Positions 12,576 to 26,998 are shown, counted from the first letter of the whole stretch. The stretch: DNA of 63,605 nucleotides, filler included, from Basidioascus undulatus (GCA_000826855.1; 4 parts of 4 records of this genome joined end to end with filler, not necessarily neighbours in it); one strand, 5' to 3'. The notes: a model not told the origin generated them from the sequence alone. Program-made: numbers and translations.

Positions 12576-15500
12576 TCATTCCCCTCGTCCACCAATTTTC
12601 TCCTGAGCCTCAGCCTTTTCCAACGCCTCCCGCAGCACCAGCCGCAGCGCGCTTGGCGTCGCCAATCCCGCAGCGACCTCAGGCCCACACTCCGTCCGCA
12701 CGAGGTCCCAGAACGGCGAATAAGCAGCAACGACCGCATCCTGATCCGCGATGAATGACAAAACCAGATCCAAGTAAGTTTCGATCCTCAATCCTGCTCG
12801 CAAAGGATAGGCATAGAAAACGTACCAGCATCGGCGGCCCCAGCACCTTGACCGTCTTCTCGTCGTCGAGCCATTGCTTCATCTTCTGCACGGTCTCGCC
12901 AACCGCGCGCTCAGCCCCGCGTCGGAAAGCGTCGTGAGCCTGCGAGAGCTTCTCGGGCGCAGCCCACTCCTGCTCGGCGAGCCTGCTCCTCTGCGCGGAG
13001 GCCGATGCGGACGCTGCGAGGAACCCGGACGCCTGGGAGAGGATAGGCGAGAGCGGGGCAGACGCATCAGCGGCGCAGGAGGAGAGAAGGTCTTCGCAGG
13101 CCGTTTTGAGGGCATGGTCGATTTCCTGTAAGTGAACCGCTACGCGTCAGCCCAGGGATGCCGCGGTGATGCAGGTAACGCGCACCATCTTCGCGTCTGT
13201 CAAACTCTCCACGACCCTCGGGATGGCCCTCGAACCGAGTGCGAACAGCGCGTTGGGGTTGAAGATAGCCGACCGATTCTTGAGCAACTCGCTGAGCGCG
13301 TCTGTTTGTCCCATCCTCCCGGGCGTCATTGTCAACATTTTTCTGGTCCTCCGTCATCCGTCCATGCACGACTGAGAATCACACACACCTCCCACACCGG
13401 AAAAGTCAACGCCGCTCTCGCGCTGCACGAGCTCCATCCGGGCCGTCATCTCTTTGAGCACGAGCAAGTGGCGGATGAGGAAGAGCGTCCCGCAGTCCTT
13501 CTGAGCGCCGTCGCGGGCCACGAGCGAGACGGCCGCGGTAGATAAGGAGGCGCGGCATAGAGAGACGGCTTCTTGGGCGAGATCGTCGAAGATTGCCGGC
13601 TGTCACGCAACGGAAAGCCCAGTTCAGCACTCGAGAAAGTTGATTCAGAAAGAGAGCAGATGACGGACGTCAACGAAGGAGTGCAGGCGGGACAAGACCC
13701 AGAAGGTCTTGCGCAGCGTCGGGTACCACGCCTCTTGGACGTCAGACGCCGGGAGATCGAAGAGCTCGTCCCTCGAAGTGTCTTCCCTCCCCTCCGGCAG
13801 CGCAGGCGCCTTGGCCATAGCCTCACGCGCCGCTAGTAAATTAAAATACCACCGACATCAATGCGCATTTCAAGAGAACGGATATCGAGGCCGGGCGTAC
13901 CTTCAATCTTCGCCGGGTAGTCCAAGTCCGCATCCTTCGGTACGTAATGTTGGATCTCGCTCTGGAGGACGCTCTGCGCTCTAAACACGAGACGCGTCTG
14001 CGCATCCTGAAGGAGAGGTCGGAGGAGCTCGGCGACCTCGAGGCTCGGCCCGAGCTCGCCGGTTCCTTCCGGTGTCGGTGCGGCGCTTTCCGCTTCGTCT
14101 TCGCCGTCGCCGCCCGAGGACGGGACCATGAGCGCTTGGAGCACTGTGCAGACCTCGCACAGCGTGTCGAGCTTCGGCTCGTGCAGGATGCGCGGGCGGA
14201 GGTGGTCGTGCAGGTTGTCGGAAAGGTTCGAGAGGAAGTCGCTGTTGAAACACCCAAACGCAATGAGCATCACGTCGCTTCATAAAATGACGCGTAAGGA
14301 AAGATGTACTAGAACTGGTCTTCTCCCGATGCGAAGAACTCCTTGTACAGCTCGAACTCGTCCACGGACAGCTGCTTGATGTACCCGCAACCCATTCGCG
14401 TCTACGGAGCTCAGTCGAAGTCAGCGAAGCCCGGTCAAGACTGGTTCTCAACTACGAAAACACACCAACCCGACCAGTTCACCCTCGCTCAAATCCAGCC
14501 TCCCGACCTCTTCCTTCACCCCCGGTCCGACAACCTGCGCGCGGATGCCCAAGTATGCAGCCCAGCATTCAGTGAGCAAGCTCTCGTACTCGTCCGGCTG
14601 ACGCTTCGCGCGACGCTCGAGCTGCTGGATGAGCACACGCAGGGGCGGGGCGGCCGCTCGGAATTTGGCGTAGAGAAGGTGAGACTGCGTGGCGGACGAG
14701 ACGGCGAGGAGGGGCGTGATGGACTGCGCGAGCGAGCGAAGGGACGTGATGAAGTACATCTTGATGAGGGTGAGGGAGCGCGTGAGACATTGTTGGAAGC
14801 GGATGAGGTAGAGCGAGGCGTCTTTGTAGGATCGCTAAAGGGGGGCAAGAGGCGTAAGTGAGAGCAACTGAGGCGAACAAGAAAAGCAGAACGCACGTGT
14901 GAGTCGAGCCAGGCCAGACATTCATCAAGGCGGTTGAGCATCGAGAGGAAATCGTCTCGCATGACGAGCGATTCGCCGGGCAGGTTCAGCAGGCGGGTCG
15001 CGTGCTCGAGCTCCTTGAAGTAGGCCAGCCGCGCAGCAATATCATCGGTCGCTTGGAGCAGGCGGTCCTAGGTTCCGGGAGGCGCTTGTTCAGCGTTCAT
15101 CGCGCCTCGCCTCATCGTGTGGCCGCGCAACTCACCTGCTCCTCGAGAAGGTTCTCGCACGCGCTCTTCAAGCTGCTACTCCGCTCCTCCACGAACCTCC
15201 AGCCCTCGAGCATCGCCCCCACCCGCTCCTCCGCCAGCTCGAGCTTCTTGAGGAGCGCCGCGCAGGCGTCCTCGTAGCCCTCGAGCTCGCTCAAGTGCGC
15301 GCGGTAGATGTCCTCGTGCTCATGCTCCATCGCCTGCTCGACGCGCCCGAACCACTCGAGGAACTGTTGTGGCGTCGCGATTGGCTGCTGCTGCTGTGCC
15401 TGCTGCTGCGCCGGGGTGCCGGGTCGAGAGCCGGGTGGAGTGCCCGTCAGAGCTGCGAGGTTGAGCATAGATCGGGTACGCCGAGGGGACGAGGAGGGCG

Positions 15501-15799
15501 TGCTGCCGTTTGGAGAAGTTGGACGAAGGTGTGAGGGGAGCGCGGGGCGGGGCGTCTCGGGTGTTTGGGGCCGGGTGAACTGGAAAAACAGACGACTTTC
15601 AATATTAAAAGCTGTGCATCGAATTGAGGGAAGTACGCACCTTTTCAGGAAGCGGCCTCTCCTTCGCGCGCTCGCCCATCCACGCGGCGCTCCGCTTCGC
15701 AGACTCGCTCAGCGGCGCGTTCGCCTCCCACTCATCCAGCGAGAGCGTGCGCGACCCCGGAGAGGCGGTAGTGCTCCGCCGTGGTGCGAAGGAGGCCAT
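12576..15799 (-). CDS. COG3: Conserved oligomeric Golgi complex subunit 3 (Sec34), spliced
   Basis: LSLDEWEANAPLS; TPQQFLEWF; YFKELEHATRLLNLPG; YLIRFQQCLTRSLTLIKMYF; LRPRILHEPKLDTLCEVC; LLQDAQTRLVFRAQ; DLDYPAK; DGRLFLIRHLLVLKEM. Confidence 0.92.
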
Positions 15800-18700
15800 G
15801 TTCTTCCGAAATCAGGCGAGTTGTCCAGAGGAAGACGGGCGATGAGATTGAGGGTCAAGAAGCGCGCTCGCGCTTTCACGTGGCATGCAGACTGTTGGCA
15901 TTACTCAGCGCCAAACTGCATGCTCAGTGATGTGTACACTTGGACTACTCTATCACTAAAAGATTCTTTCTCGGGAATTCACAAAGAACAACCATGCCAC
16001 GGAAAAATTCGGCGCGACGACCATTGAGCTAAGGCTAGTCAATATACAAAGCAGCTCGGCTGTGTCAGCGACTTGTCACTCACATGAGAGGAAGGTACAT
16101 CGTCGCCTTAAGTCGCCTGGACCGCAAACCTTCAAAATTTTGCCAATCGTTTAACGATACTTAACAACATCCTGTGGCGACATATGACAACACCAGCCAG
16201 CCTTCAAGGGTGCTGCATTGCAATTGGCTCTGTGTGGACCCCAACCCTGCGCATTCGAATATGGCGACTGTTTGATGTGGACATCTTAGTTGGTGACTGG
16301 TAATTACTTAGCGTATACCCAGTCAAAATGTGGAGTATGTTCTGAATTATCGTGATTTGACGAGCAGCAATGGCAGACATCGGGTACCTCCGCAGTGGAC
16401 TCGAGTCGCTTCCATTGGCCTTCACCGCAAGAATGCTTGCAGTACGTTGCAACCCCTGGGGAAGCCCTTATATCAATAAAAAATTGCTATATACATCAAG
16501 TTGTGTTGGTTCTCTTTGTGGCATCGTGCACAGAGCGTGACCAGCTGCGGAGTGGTCACAGCGGACGCCTTGGGCCCCCGTCTCGTGGATAGCTTGGTGT
16601 CTGCCTGTTTAGTTAAATGGAATGTACAAATATAAGCTTATGCCCGGCTTACATACAGCCACTCGTTTACGGAATCCAGAATCGTGAGCAGAGGCGGAAG
16701 ACCCGCAGTTGCAGCCTCAATATGCTGCCCAAGCACACGCGCACATGAGTCGCCACTGTACTGCAAGCTGGGCATTTTACGGATTGCGTCAGTGCAAATA
16801 TAAAGGGTCATTTTCTACCAAGTGTATGAGGTTATAGGCGTACCACAGCGCAATTAGCGGACTCCAATTGAATGAGGCTGTGACACATGGACGGAGATGT
16901 AATGTTACGACATTCACCTCCGTGAAGCCGAATGGTACACGATGACTAGAGCTATACATGAAAAGAGACATAGATCTATCTCTTCTCAGCAAGACGGGAA
17001 GCTCACACGCAATGCTTGTAAGCAAGTGACCTGGCACTACTCTGGAGAGTAAAGCTGTGCGCCACCCAGCGCGGAAAAGCATTACCGTTCTCCTTTCCAG
17101 TAGTATATAATATATATAGGTGATAAAATTGGCGTATTCAGAGGCGATGAAGCTTTCCATGCTGGGAGAAGTGGATGTGCGTAACAGAGTATGAGAGCGT
17201 GCCAGTCTCACGACGGACCCCGCGGAAAGAAGTCAAAAGAATTCCTGCCTTTCGATGATCAGTTCAACATCAACAGGATGGGAGGAAACTCCACTAAACT
17301 TACAGTCATAGTACTGTACTGGGTACTTAAGAACAGCAGGGTAGCTTATCGAGATGGTGGCCTGCCGAGGAGGAGAATGACGCTGTGCAGCTCACCACTC
17401 AGATTCATTCCACTTTTAAAGGAGCTTTCCCTCCGGTCCTCTAGTATGTAAACCTTGGAAACATTTACAAATTGTATAGGCCAGTGCCTGTACAATGGCG
17501 CTAGGACTCAGCACAGACTAAAGTCCAAGGTGACAGAGGGCCGCGCTGCAGTCGTTTGCGTGATGCACCATCCACTTTGCTCTCGCGAGTCTTCCATGAA
17601 CATTCACGTTACATATGATATATATAAGCCAAAAATGTATGTTACGACTTATCTGCGCTACAAGGGGAGCGCCTGAGTCCCTTTCTCTTCGTGTCGTCAG
17701 CCCCACCACCTCCTCTTCCGGTCCGTACGACGTCCGCATCGCATCATGTGATGGAGCTGCGGAAGCTCGGCGTTGCAAAGCATCGTGCTCCCCGGCCCCT
17801 CCGCGTATGCCCGGGCTCTTGCGGGCTCTTTCGCTCATGCTGCACCAGCAAATGTAGCCTGGGAAGGCGAATTTCACACGTACAGTTGGTCATATGTTGG
17901 CCCACCCGTCGCTTGCAGTGGTCACCTCACTTGGCTGCTTCACTTGGCAATGTTTTGTGGCCGTAGTCCAGGAGCCCTTCGCGGCGTTCTCTACCGCAGT
18001 ACCGCGACGGGTTATCGTCATTGGGTCAACCCCCTCAGAGTCGTCGTCGTATCTGACCGAAGCGTTCTGCTGCAGGTATAGGGCGCAAGCGTGATGTCGG
18101 GCGCTCTGAGCCACCGACATTATTGAGTGGTCTCCTGTCGGGTATGTCCGTGTTCTCCTATTGCCCTTTGCATCAGATTTAAACAAAACCGGGTGGACCA
18201 ATGTCCGTCAGCTATTGCAGAGTCAGCATGCAAGCCGCATGCGAAACCACGCAGTCCTCATGTCACGGGCTTTCGAGAGGCCGTCAGTACACAGTGCACT
18301 GCACGCCTCATGAACTTCAAGCACCTGGCACTTTCCTCATTCAGTTCAAGAGTATCCTTCGGGAAATTGAGTTCACTCGCGAACAAAATACTTGCCTTGG
18401 GGATGCGTTGTTTCTGAGAGACCGCTCGCCTTCTGCCGGCACTGGCATGGATAGCCGAATAAGTGGTGTGTACAGTACGATGAGGAAGCGATGCCTGTTT
18501 TCAGGTCAGGCAAGTCAGGACAAGCGGTAGGTAGTACTTTAGTTTCGATTGATATTTGCCCAAAACGTCAGGGGCGATGCAATCGGCGGCACGGTGGCCG
18601 CCTCTCGCACGCGAGCCGGCGGTTGGTTCCTGGCTTCAATGAAGAGCTGCCTGAAACGGCAATTCGTCCAGTGCGACAGCGATTCCATCGCGGATCAAGC

Positions 18701-19175
18701 CGTCATTTTGAACGGGGAAGCTTGTCACATATCTGTAGGCTACGTCAACGCTTGCAGTATTCGATTCATTCTCCTCCAAACTTTGATGAATCTTGATGAA
18801 ACTGCCCCCAAAAGCCCAAGACAACGCCAGCCCGGAGAAATGTCCGCTTACGGCCGGCGCTCGGGGAGGGCCGGATATGGGACGGGCGTCGCGGCCGTCG
18901 CTGATGCACACTGATGGCTTGATGCTTGATGGCTGCACCCCGCGTCGGTCTCTCTCGGAATGTGGGCGCCCACGATATCCCGATATGAGAGCCGCCCCGC
19001 CCCGCCCCACGCCCTGAACATATGTCTGCAACCCGACTTGATCCCGACGTGTGCTGGCAAGCCCGTGCCCCTCTGCGGCCTTTTTATCTTGACGATCTTG
19101 CGCAACCATCCTCATCTCATTCAATTCACATTAGACCGCATTCCAACACCACCAAGTATCTCACACACACCCAAA

Positions 19176-20072
19176 ATGTCGGCCACTTCTGCATACCCGA
19201 CCCCGCCGCCGGAAACGCGCAAGTCCGCGTCTTCCTCGTTTTCGTGCTCCCGTTCGGCCGCGACGAGCTCGACACACAGCCCGCTGGCGTCCATGGCGGC
19301 GCGCTTTATCCACTCGCTCTTCCAGTGTCCGCTCGAGGCTGCCGGCGGCGCACCGTCACTCGAGTCGTTCGTTGCGTACACTGTGCGTGTCTGGCTAGCT
19401 TTGTGGGCCAAGAGAATCAGGGCAGATTGGGACTGACTTGAAGCCTGGTCGGCTCACCAGCTGTATCGCACGCAACTCCCCCCTTCCGTTACCCTCTCCG
19501 CACTTGTCCTCCTCCACCGCCTTAAAACGCACTTCCCAAGCGCGACCGGCAGCGCGGGCCAGCGCCTCTTCCTCGCCGCCATGATGCTGTCGGCAAAAAG
19601 CATCCAGGACGACACAGTGGGTCTCTTTGTCATAACGTTGTCCTGTCTAGTCATGTCTGATCGTTTTTTATATGTTTCACTCTAGTTTGCAAACAGCTCC
19701 TGGGTCATTGTGTCCAGAAACCAATTCACTTTGCGAGAAGTGAATCAGAGTGCGTCTTCTTACCTGTCATTCCGCGTCCTCGTCTCACACACTAACGCCA
19801 TCTCCCGTCCTCTAGTGGAGCGCGAGCTCTTCCACCACCTCTCCTACAGCGTCGTCGTCGACCAAAAAGAGATCGAAACCCTCATTCGCGTCCTCTCGTC
19901 GACCCGCGCCGCCCTCCCCCCCTCTCCAAAAGCCCAAGCCGCCGCCGCCGCCGCGTACCCTTCCCCACCCGTCACGCCCTGCGGATCCGCCGCGTGCTCG
20001 CCCGCAGGTCCCTCTGACGTGCATCCTCTTCCGTCCTCGCCTCAACGAGGAAGGGCGTTTGGACGGTCCTGA
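19176..20072 (+). CDS. Pcl/Pho80-like cyclin-domain protein, 3 introns
   Basis: Spliced product SLESFVAYT|LYRTQLPPSVTLSALVLLHRLK..RLFLAAMMLSAKSIQDDT|FANSSW..FTLREVNQ|MERELFHHL fits the Pcl-type cyclin box. Confidence 0.82.
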
Positions 20073-22831
20073 GCCCTTTCTTCCTGCACGCATCACATCG
20101 CATCATCGCATCGATACCCCTACCACTCATCATTATACCCTTCCCTTACGCTGTTGAACGTATTAGACATGTTGCATTGCTAGAATCACTACCCGACGAC
20201 CTAATGAGATCTTAATGAGCCCGATCAAATCATGCTATCCGGTGCTATGTCCCCAGCGCAGATGCGTTACGTGCCGGCAGGAGTGGCTCTTTGCAATCCT
20301 CTGGATTGGTCTGGAGGATCCCTTCTATGGGCCGAACTTGGTCGGACAATGCCCATAGGCAGAGCAATACTCGCCTATGTATTTGGAGTCGTTCAAAGCA
20401 TGGGCACCGATTGGCCACAGCACAACTACTGTCTTGCCGTCCGCAGAGAGGCTTGCCACGCCGCTTAGCCGAAAATTCTAAGAATTGAGCTTACAGGTAA
20501 TTCAAGTGTATGTACAAGGAAAGATTCGCACCGCTTACTGCGGCGCAGAGCCTCATGCTTGGGAAGGGCTGAAGGCACGCTGGTATCAGACAGGGGCCTG
20601 CTAGACCGTGGGTCTCTGGCGGTGCAAGGCGGCGACCACAGGCTTCAGAATGTTTCCCGCAAACCATGTCATCTGGCGGTCGCTCCTGGAAAAGACCGAG
20701 AGAGGCCAAGATTGGGTCAAGACGGGATTCTTGAGCTTGCACGTCTCTTCCATCAGAACAGACACGGTTGCTCGCTATGCAGAGCGTTCGCTAAGATCAA
20801 GTAGGATTGCATGTCGCAATTTATTTGACTGAGTGCCGTCTACTTAATGCCCTTCATCTTTCTTGATTTTCCCATCTGAGGACAGTGTCTTTTTAAACGA
20901 GGCGACCTGTTTGGAGACGACAGATTCGGTCCCCGGCTACCGACCTCTTTGATTCACTGTATGTCGTGTCAATGTAAAATGCTACCTTTATATGTTTTAT
21001 AACTAGGACTTTAAGTGGGGTTGAGCTCATATCCTTTCCCGTCCCAAAGCAATTGAAGCCTATCTACTCAGGAGGACCGGAGGCCGTGAAGCAGAAGCAA
21101 TACGTTGAAGCACTGAAGGTATCGACGACCTCGCAGATCATCAGTGGGAAGCAGGTGTTTGTCTCCGAGTTCAGTATGTAGCAGCGCCTGGTGCTGTACC
21201 CCCAGCAGTTTGAGATACAAAGGTACGGAGAAGTCTGACCTCTTTGTGTCGTGGACATCCGACTCACCCAGCGCAGACGACGGCAGCGACGGCAGCGGAG
21301 GAGGAAGAAGAGGGATCGGCGACGACCGCGGTTGACCGGAGACCCCAGACGGAAGGAACAGTGGTAGAAATTGTTGCACGGGGGACCTGCTCCTGTTGAA
21401 CGAGTCTGAAGCGCCTAAGAAAGCATTGCAAGGTGAACACACGGTGATTGCCTGCGGCGCTGGTGCTGCAAATGCCAACGTGAGCATGGAAGTGGAGGCG
21501 GCTCGGACTCTTATCATTACTGGACGCAGTGATTTTGAAGAGGATGTTGGGAACCATCGCACAAAGAGAGTGGAGCGGTACCTTGAGCGAGGCAGACGGG
21601 AAAGTTGCATCGCAGTCTCACCACCAGTGTCTGCGGACAACTTGATGTCTCACATTCTCTTCAATCTGTCAGGACGGTGTCTTGTTACCGGGACACAGAT
21701 ACCGGTTAAGGTGGCAGTGCATGCCAACGCACAATGACTGAACCGTCCACCTTGACAGCACGCAAGGTGCCCGTCGGCAGCGCATGTGTCCGAGCCCAGA
21801 TAATCACCAATGAAGTGCTTGTCATTCGCAACGTGGGCCGAGATACAAGTGCTCTTATCCAGGTAACAATCAACATAATCAGAGACTCGACGGGGCGACT
21901 GGGCGTACTGAACACTTAGCTTGTGCCAAACACCTCGGACAGCCAGGCTGAAGAGATGCTCTTTTTCCGAAGGACCCACTAAGGACACTACTTGGGAGGC
22001 GAAGCGTTACTTGAAACAAAGAGGTAGCTGCAGTATCTTACCAAAGGGATGAGTTGACGAACAATGGTGGAGTCAGACTGCCGCGGCACGGACGGATTAG
22101 AAGTGTTGAGTGGCCCAAGAACGTACAACCAAGCTTTCCACCGCTGAGCACCAGCGCTCATCACATGTTCAAAAGAAAGGTATGCTGAGAATTCCTATGT
22201 TTCACGGGCAGACACCATTGGCACTTCGCGACAATGATGGTCTGCGCAGCGGTTTACACGATGCTATCTTCCGAACACTGGCAAATATAGAGGATCGTGC
22301 TTCTGAGCCTCTGTGCCCCTTCTCTATAATGATTCCATCGAAAGTAATGATTATGGTCAGGAGCATTCTTTTGGCAACCCGAGTATATAACCTTTGAAGA
22401 ACGTCGCTCTCAGTCTGAAGACCCCACTTCCTCGCCAGGGCTGGCGAGCACAAATTCCGGTTGTTTAAACGCACCCAATGCCTTTTAGGGGCGCTTATAA
22501 CATTCTCGTTGATTTCTTTGTTCTGGTAGCCCACCCGTATCTGCCAGCCATACTTCTGCGCCGTCGTGTGCTGGCATGCCCAGAATGAGGTTGAACGCCT
22601 ACGGAAGGCGTCGTATTGCTGAAACAAAAGTTGATAGAGGAGGTACATCGATGTTTGGATTTTGCCAGACAGGGCCATGGAAAGGAAGACAGCATTCGAG
22701 AGACCGACCTCGTCACTCACAAAGGGAGATGAGCAATGGGCAGCCAAGGCGGCAGCGGCGCCAGGTGGCCTGGAGGAAGCTTTCTTCCATCATCTTGTGC
22801 CGTCTTGCGCTCGCTCGCGTATCAGCCGCCC

Positions 22832-23839
22832 ATGGACCGCCTGCCCGACGAGCTGCTTACACAGATATTATCCTACCTCCTGCGTCCCACTACCGCGGAC
22901 ATTCTCGCGCTCAAGAACGTCTACCGACGCACACCACCCGCGCACCGATCGCCATCTTCTCCCATCTCACCCGTCCGCACCCTGCCCCTCGTCTCGCGCC
23001 GCTTTCGGTCGATCACCCCTGCGATATCCAGCACGCACCTCGAATTCTGGTGCACGCGCGATGCCCTGCTGTACAACCGCCCGCAGCCGCAACCTTTCGA
23101 GCGACGCATCAGCTCGCTTGTGCTGAGCCCCAACGTGGATGCACGGGAGACATACCTGGCGTTGGTCACCTGTCGCCGGGCGCTCACGACGATCAATGTG
23201 TCGTTCGAAGGCCTTTCTCCCGCGCACACGATCATTCTCCTCACCCTCCTCCGAATCCTCCGCCCCCGCTTCGTCCGCTTAGCAGCCGAGCCCACCGCGC
23301 ATCTCCCGCTCTCGGATTTGACGCGCATGCTAGTCGACTGGGCCGGAGCCGGGCTCGAGGGGCTCGTGTACCGCGGAGACTGGCGGAAGCTGGGCGGCGT
23401 TTGGGAGCAGTTGAAGGGGGTCGGATGGGTAGGGCTCAGGGTTCTCCAGAGCAAGGAGGATCTGGTAGTCCTGGAGAGTGCGTTAAGCGCCGCGGGGTGT
23501 GAGCTGGAGTTGGATGAGGTGGAGCCCTCGCTGGTGGAGGAGCTGGTGCAGTGGGGTCGGAAGTTAGGGGATAAGGCGAACAAGGTGAGGTGGGCGATGC
23601 GGGTCGGTGGAGAGTCGGTGGAGAACGGGGAGTACCTAGGGGAGCGAAGATGGAGAGGATTTGGCGAGAAGGACGCCAAGGAGGCAATACGAGAGGCCGA
23701 TGAGATGCTGGAACGAGAACGGGAGAGGAGGAGAGCTTGGGAGCTGGATGAAGAGGAGGAGGATAGAGATCATTACGGTGCGTGTCTTTATTTTGCACAA
23801 GCGTCCTCTGCAATGCTTGCTTACACCGCTCTTCCGTGA
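22832..23839 (+). CDS. F-box-like hypothetical protein (3' end may be spliced after ~23777)
   Basis: Long GC3-rich ORF starting MDRLPDELLTQILSYL (F-box-type LP.E....I..Y) followed by LPLVSRRFR. Confidence 0.6.
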   Translation: MDRLPDELLTQILSYLLRPTTADILALKNVYRRTPPAHRSPSSPISPVRTLPLVSRRFRSITPAISSTHLEFWCTRDALLYNRPQPQPFERRISSLVLSPNVDARETYLALVTCRRALTTINVSFEGLSPAHTIILLTLLRILRPRFVRLAAEPTAHLPLSDLTRMLVDWAGAGLEGLVYRGDWRKLGGVWEQLKGVGWVGLRVLQSKEDLVVLESALSAAGCELELDEVEPSLVEELVQWGRKLGDKANKVRWAMRVGGESVENGEYLGERRWRGFGEKDAKEAIREADEMLERERERRRAWELDEEEEDRDHYGACLYFAQASSAMLAYTALP

Positions 23840-24837
23840 ATCAGGTCATGGAGATTCTGTTGAACCCGGTCAGTCTTCGTCATCCCACTCGTCGGTGCTA
23901 CCAACGCTTCTGACGCATCTTTGCCCTGAGGCAGACTAGACGCGCTGCTACGAACATACACTGCGTTTTCGCCATGAGCTAGGCCATGATGCCCTTCTTG
24001 ATTGCCAGCGCTCGGTACTTCGGTTCGTGCGGCGCAATGACTTATCCACATCCTCGATCGTCAGCCTACACATAGAGCTCGACCTTTCGCCTATACTCTT
24101 TCGACAGCCTCGCAATCGCATTCGCCAATTTGCAGGCACTTATCTTGACTAACGCAGCGGCGTCCCTTGACACCATGATGTGGATTCCGGATGACCGCCT
24201 CATGCAACATCTGCGTCGTCGCGCTGGGCTGGTTGTGTATGAGTTTGGGAAGAACAATCTAAATCTGTGCGCTGCTTCGCATGCGCCACATAGATGCTTT
24301 AGCTTTTCCGGCCCATTCGGTTTTTTGCGGCGGTTCTGAATCGCTCACGGGAGCAGCTTATGGCCATTCAATTGGCGAGCCCCTCCCCGCCCCACGGCGA
24401 GGTAAATTTTTGCTAGTATGCTTTTCGAGTTTGATCAACAGTATAAGCTATGCATCAGTCGAACGACAAGGAATCTGCTTCGAATTCCGCACGGCCAGCT
24501 TGTACCCTATCTCGAGCTCTTGCTCAGACTGCGACTCGCCTCTCTCAACGAATTCTGCCCATGGAAAGCTAGTCTGATATGTTCAGATGTATGATGCACG
24601 CGGGGCTTCACTTCACGAACGCTGACGCTGGAGAGCACAAGTCCACCAACTTGCATGGGCAATGGACGCTGACACAATGGCCGGGAAAACATCACGACGA
24701 CATCAACAACTACCCAAGAAAGTCCCGGTGTACTTTCAGAGAACGCGAGATCAAGTCTACGAAATACCCTCAGCACGCTCAGATCTCGAGCCGGCCTGCG
24801 TCATCGAACGAAAGCAAACTGATCAATGAAGAACACA

Positions 24838-26998
24838 TCATGGAGCCGCAACCGGGGCCTCCTCCTTCTCCGCATCCTCCTCGTACCCCTCGACCTTGAT
24901 GTCGTTCTGCAGCCGCAGTATGTCAGCGAACCGAGCTCAGTGGATCCCCTCTCATAACGTCACCGACGCACCAGACCCAAGTCCTCGTCCTGCTCGAACG
25001 ACCGCGTGTATTCCTCAATCGTCATGTTGGGATCGGGATCGGGCGCGTAGAGGTTCTTGAGCAAGGAAGCGATCAAGTCAGCACACAGTCGCAGCGAGAA
25101 GAAAGAGCTCGTGACACACCTGCATGTAGGAGTTGGCCAACGGGTCGTCGAGAATCACGGTGAACGGCTCCTCGGCAGCGAGGATCTAACGAAACAAGTG
25201 ATGTCAGCGCACGGGACGGCGATCACGGGCGAAACAACGGATCGAGGCGTACGTTCTTCAGCTTGCCCAAGAACAGCTCGAACTCGTTCAGCTGCGCGAT
25301 GTCCTCGGACTCGCCCTCGCGCGGCTTGAGCGAGTCGCCACCGCCGGCAGTCCGGCCGGAGACGAAAGCCTTGGTGGAGAGCTCGTCGTACACCTGCGAG
25401 AGTAGGCCCTCGAGCGTGGTGAAGCGACCGCCGAGCGTTCCGGGCTGGAGGGTGAGGGAGATTTCGGGGATGGAGAGACCGGCAGTCTCGGACTGAAGAC
25501 AAGCGGAGGAGATCAGCGAGGAAGCGGCAGGGCGATCATATCATCAACGAAGACGGGCGAACCTTCAAGATGTCGCGGGAAAGGTCCTCCAAGTCCTCGA
25601 CCTTGAGCGTGATGCGCTTGCCGTGAGTGGAAATTGCACCGCCCGACTTGATCTCGTTGTCCTTGTAACCGCAGTTGTGACAGTGCGTTGACATGAGAAG
25701 GATGTCCTGCACCAACGCCGTGGGGTCAGCGTTGTGGGTCGAGCTTGAAAGAGCGGGAGAAGACGCACCTTGAAGTACGGGATGTTGACCTTCTTCATGA
25801 GGGTCGGGCAGTCGCGCCCGCAGCTGGAGCAGTTCCCCGGGAAGCTGAGGACCTCTTCGGGTACCTCGCCCTCCTCAACCACGTGCTCACCCTCCGCAGG
25901 CGCTGCCTCCTCCTCATCTGGGTTGACGAGACCCAGCGCAATGTTCTCCTCCCGCGTTCGCGGGAACGACCGGAAGCTCCACTTCGGGTCCATAGGCGAG
26001 CCCTTGAACGACGCGTGCGAGTTCCCGGACGGGTCTCGTACGAGAACGGTGAAGGGAGTGAAGGGCGCGGCGGGAGCGTCCGCGGCGGTAGAGAAAACCG
26101 GAGCGTCCGGTCGTGCGCTTCGCTCGGACGCGGCCGCGAGAGAAAGCTCGGGCTCCTCCTCGTCCTCATTGTACGACGAGCCCAATGCCCCATGCAAACG
26201 GGTGATAAGCGCCTCGATCTTGTCGTGCGTGTCGGCATCGAGGACCTTGCTGTGAATTGCGGGAACCTTCCTCATTCAGCATCACAGTCAACCCAGCCAA
26301 ACTTTTCCCAATCACGACGCACCGCAGCGGTTGGTCGATCCTCAGGTCACGGATCGTGTCCCGGATGAGGCCCTCGACAGTCGTCAGCTGCCCGCGACCC
26401 TCGGGCACGGTGAGCGCGAACTCGGGCAGCGTGACGGTCGCGCGCTCGGACTTGACGATTTGGCGGTCGAGGTCGTCGGGGGAGGTAATGTGGAGGGTGT
26501 GCAATGATCCGCGCTCTGTTTGATATTTCAATGTTAGTGCTGAAAGCCCTTATTTAACCGAGATGGGTCCGAGGCGTACCCTGGATCTCCGACGCAGATT
26601 GGATCTCAGTGTTGGAGTTACCGCAGTGCGGGCAGCGGAAGGACATGAGGATGACCTGAACGTGGTTCCCGAGGGACTGTCAGCATCATGTAGCTCAGCA
26701 GGCTAGCGAGCTGATGCGCACCTCCTTGAAGTAGGGTATCATCGTGAGCAGCAGGCGCGTCGTTCCCTGTGGTCCACGCCCTCCACATGAGCTTCTTCAG
26801 GTGCGCTGTCCCCCGGTCGATCGCACAAGCGCAACGCACCGTCTGATGGCATTCCATGCACAGACTCTCCACCTCCTGCACCGGGCTCGTCTCGAGCTCA
26901 TCCCCCTCAGCGCTAGGCGCCTGGTCCTGCTCGACCATGGCGCCGATCGGCTGGAACAGCGACTCGTCCTTGGACGCGGTGGGTGTGTGGATCGACAT
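24838..26998 (-). CDS. ZPR1: Zinc finger protein ZPR1 (eEF1A chaperone), spliced
   Basis: Two C4 fingers (ESLCMEC..FRCPHCG; GNCSSCG..THCHNCG), each followed by an A/B domain ([23 protein letters not shown]). Ends [26 protein letters not shown]. Confidence 0.95.

Noticed and set aside
8810..20072. PHO84 and the Pho80-like cyclin as a phosphate-regulon cluster
   Set aside because: They are separated by COG3 and about 8 kb. The cyclin is a generic Pcl type, and CACGTG sites near 5840 and 7481 are far from PHO84.
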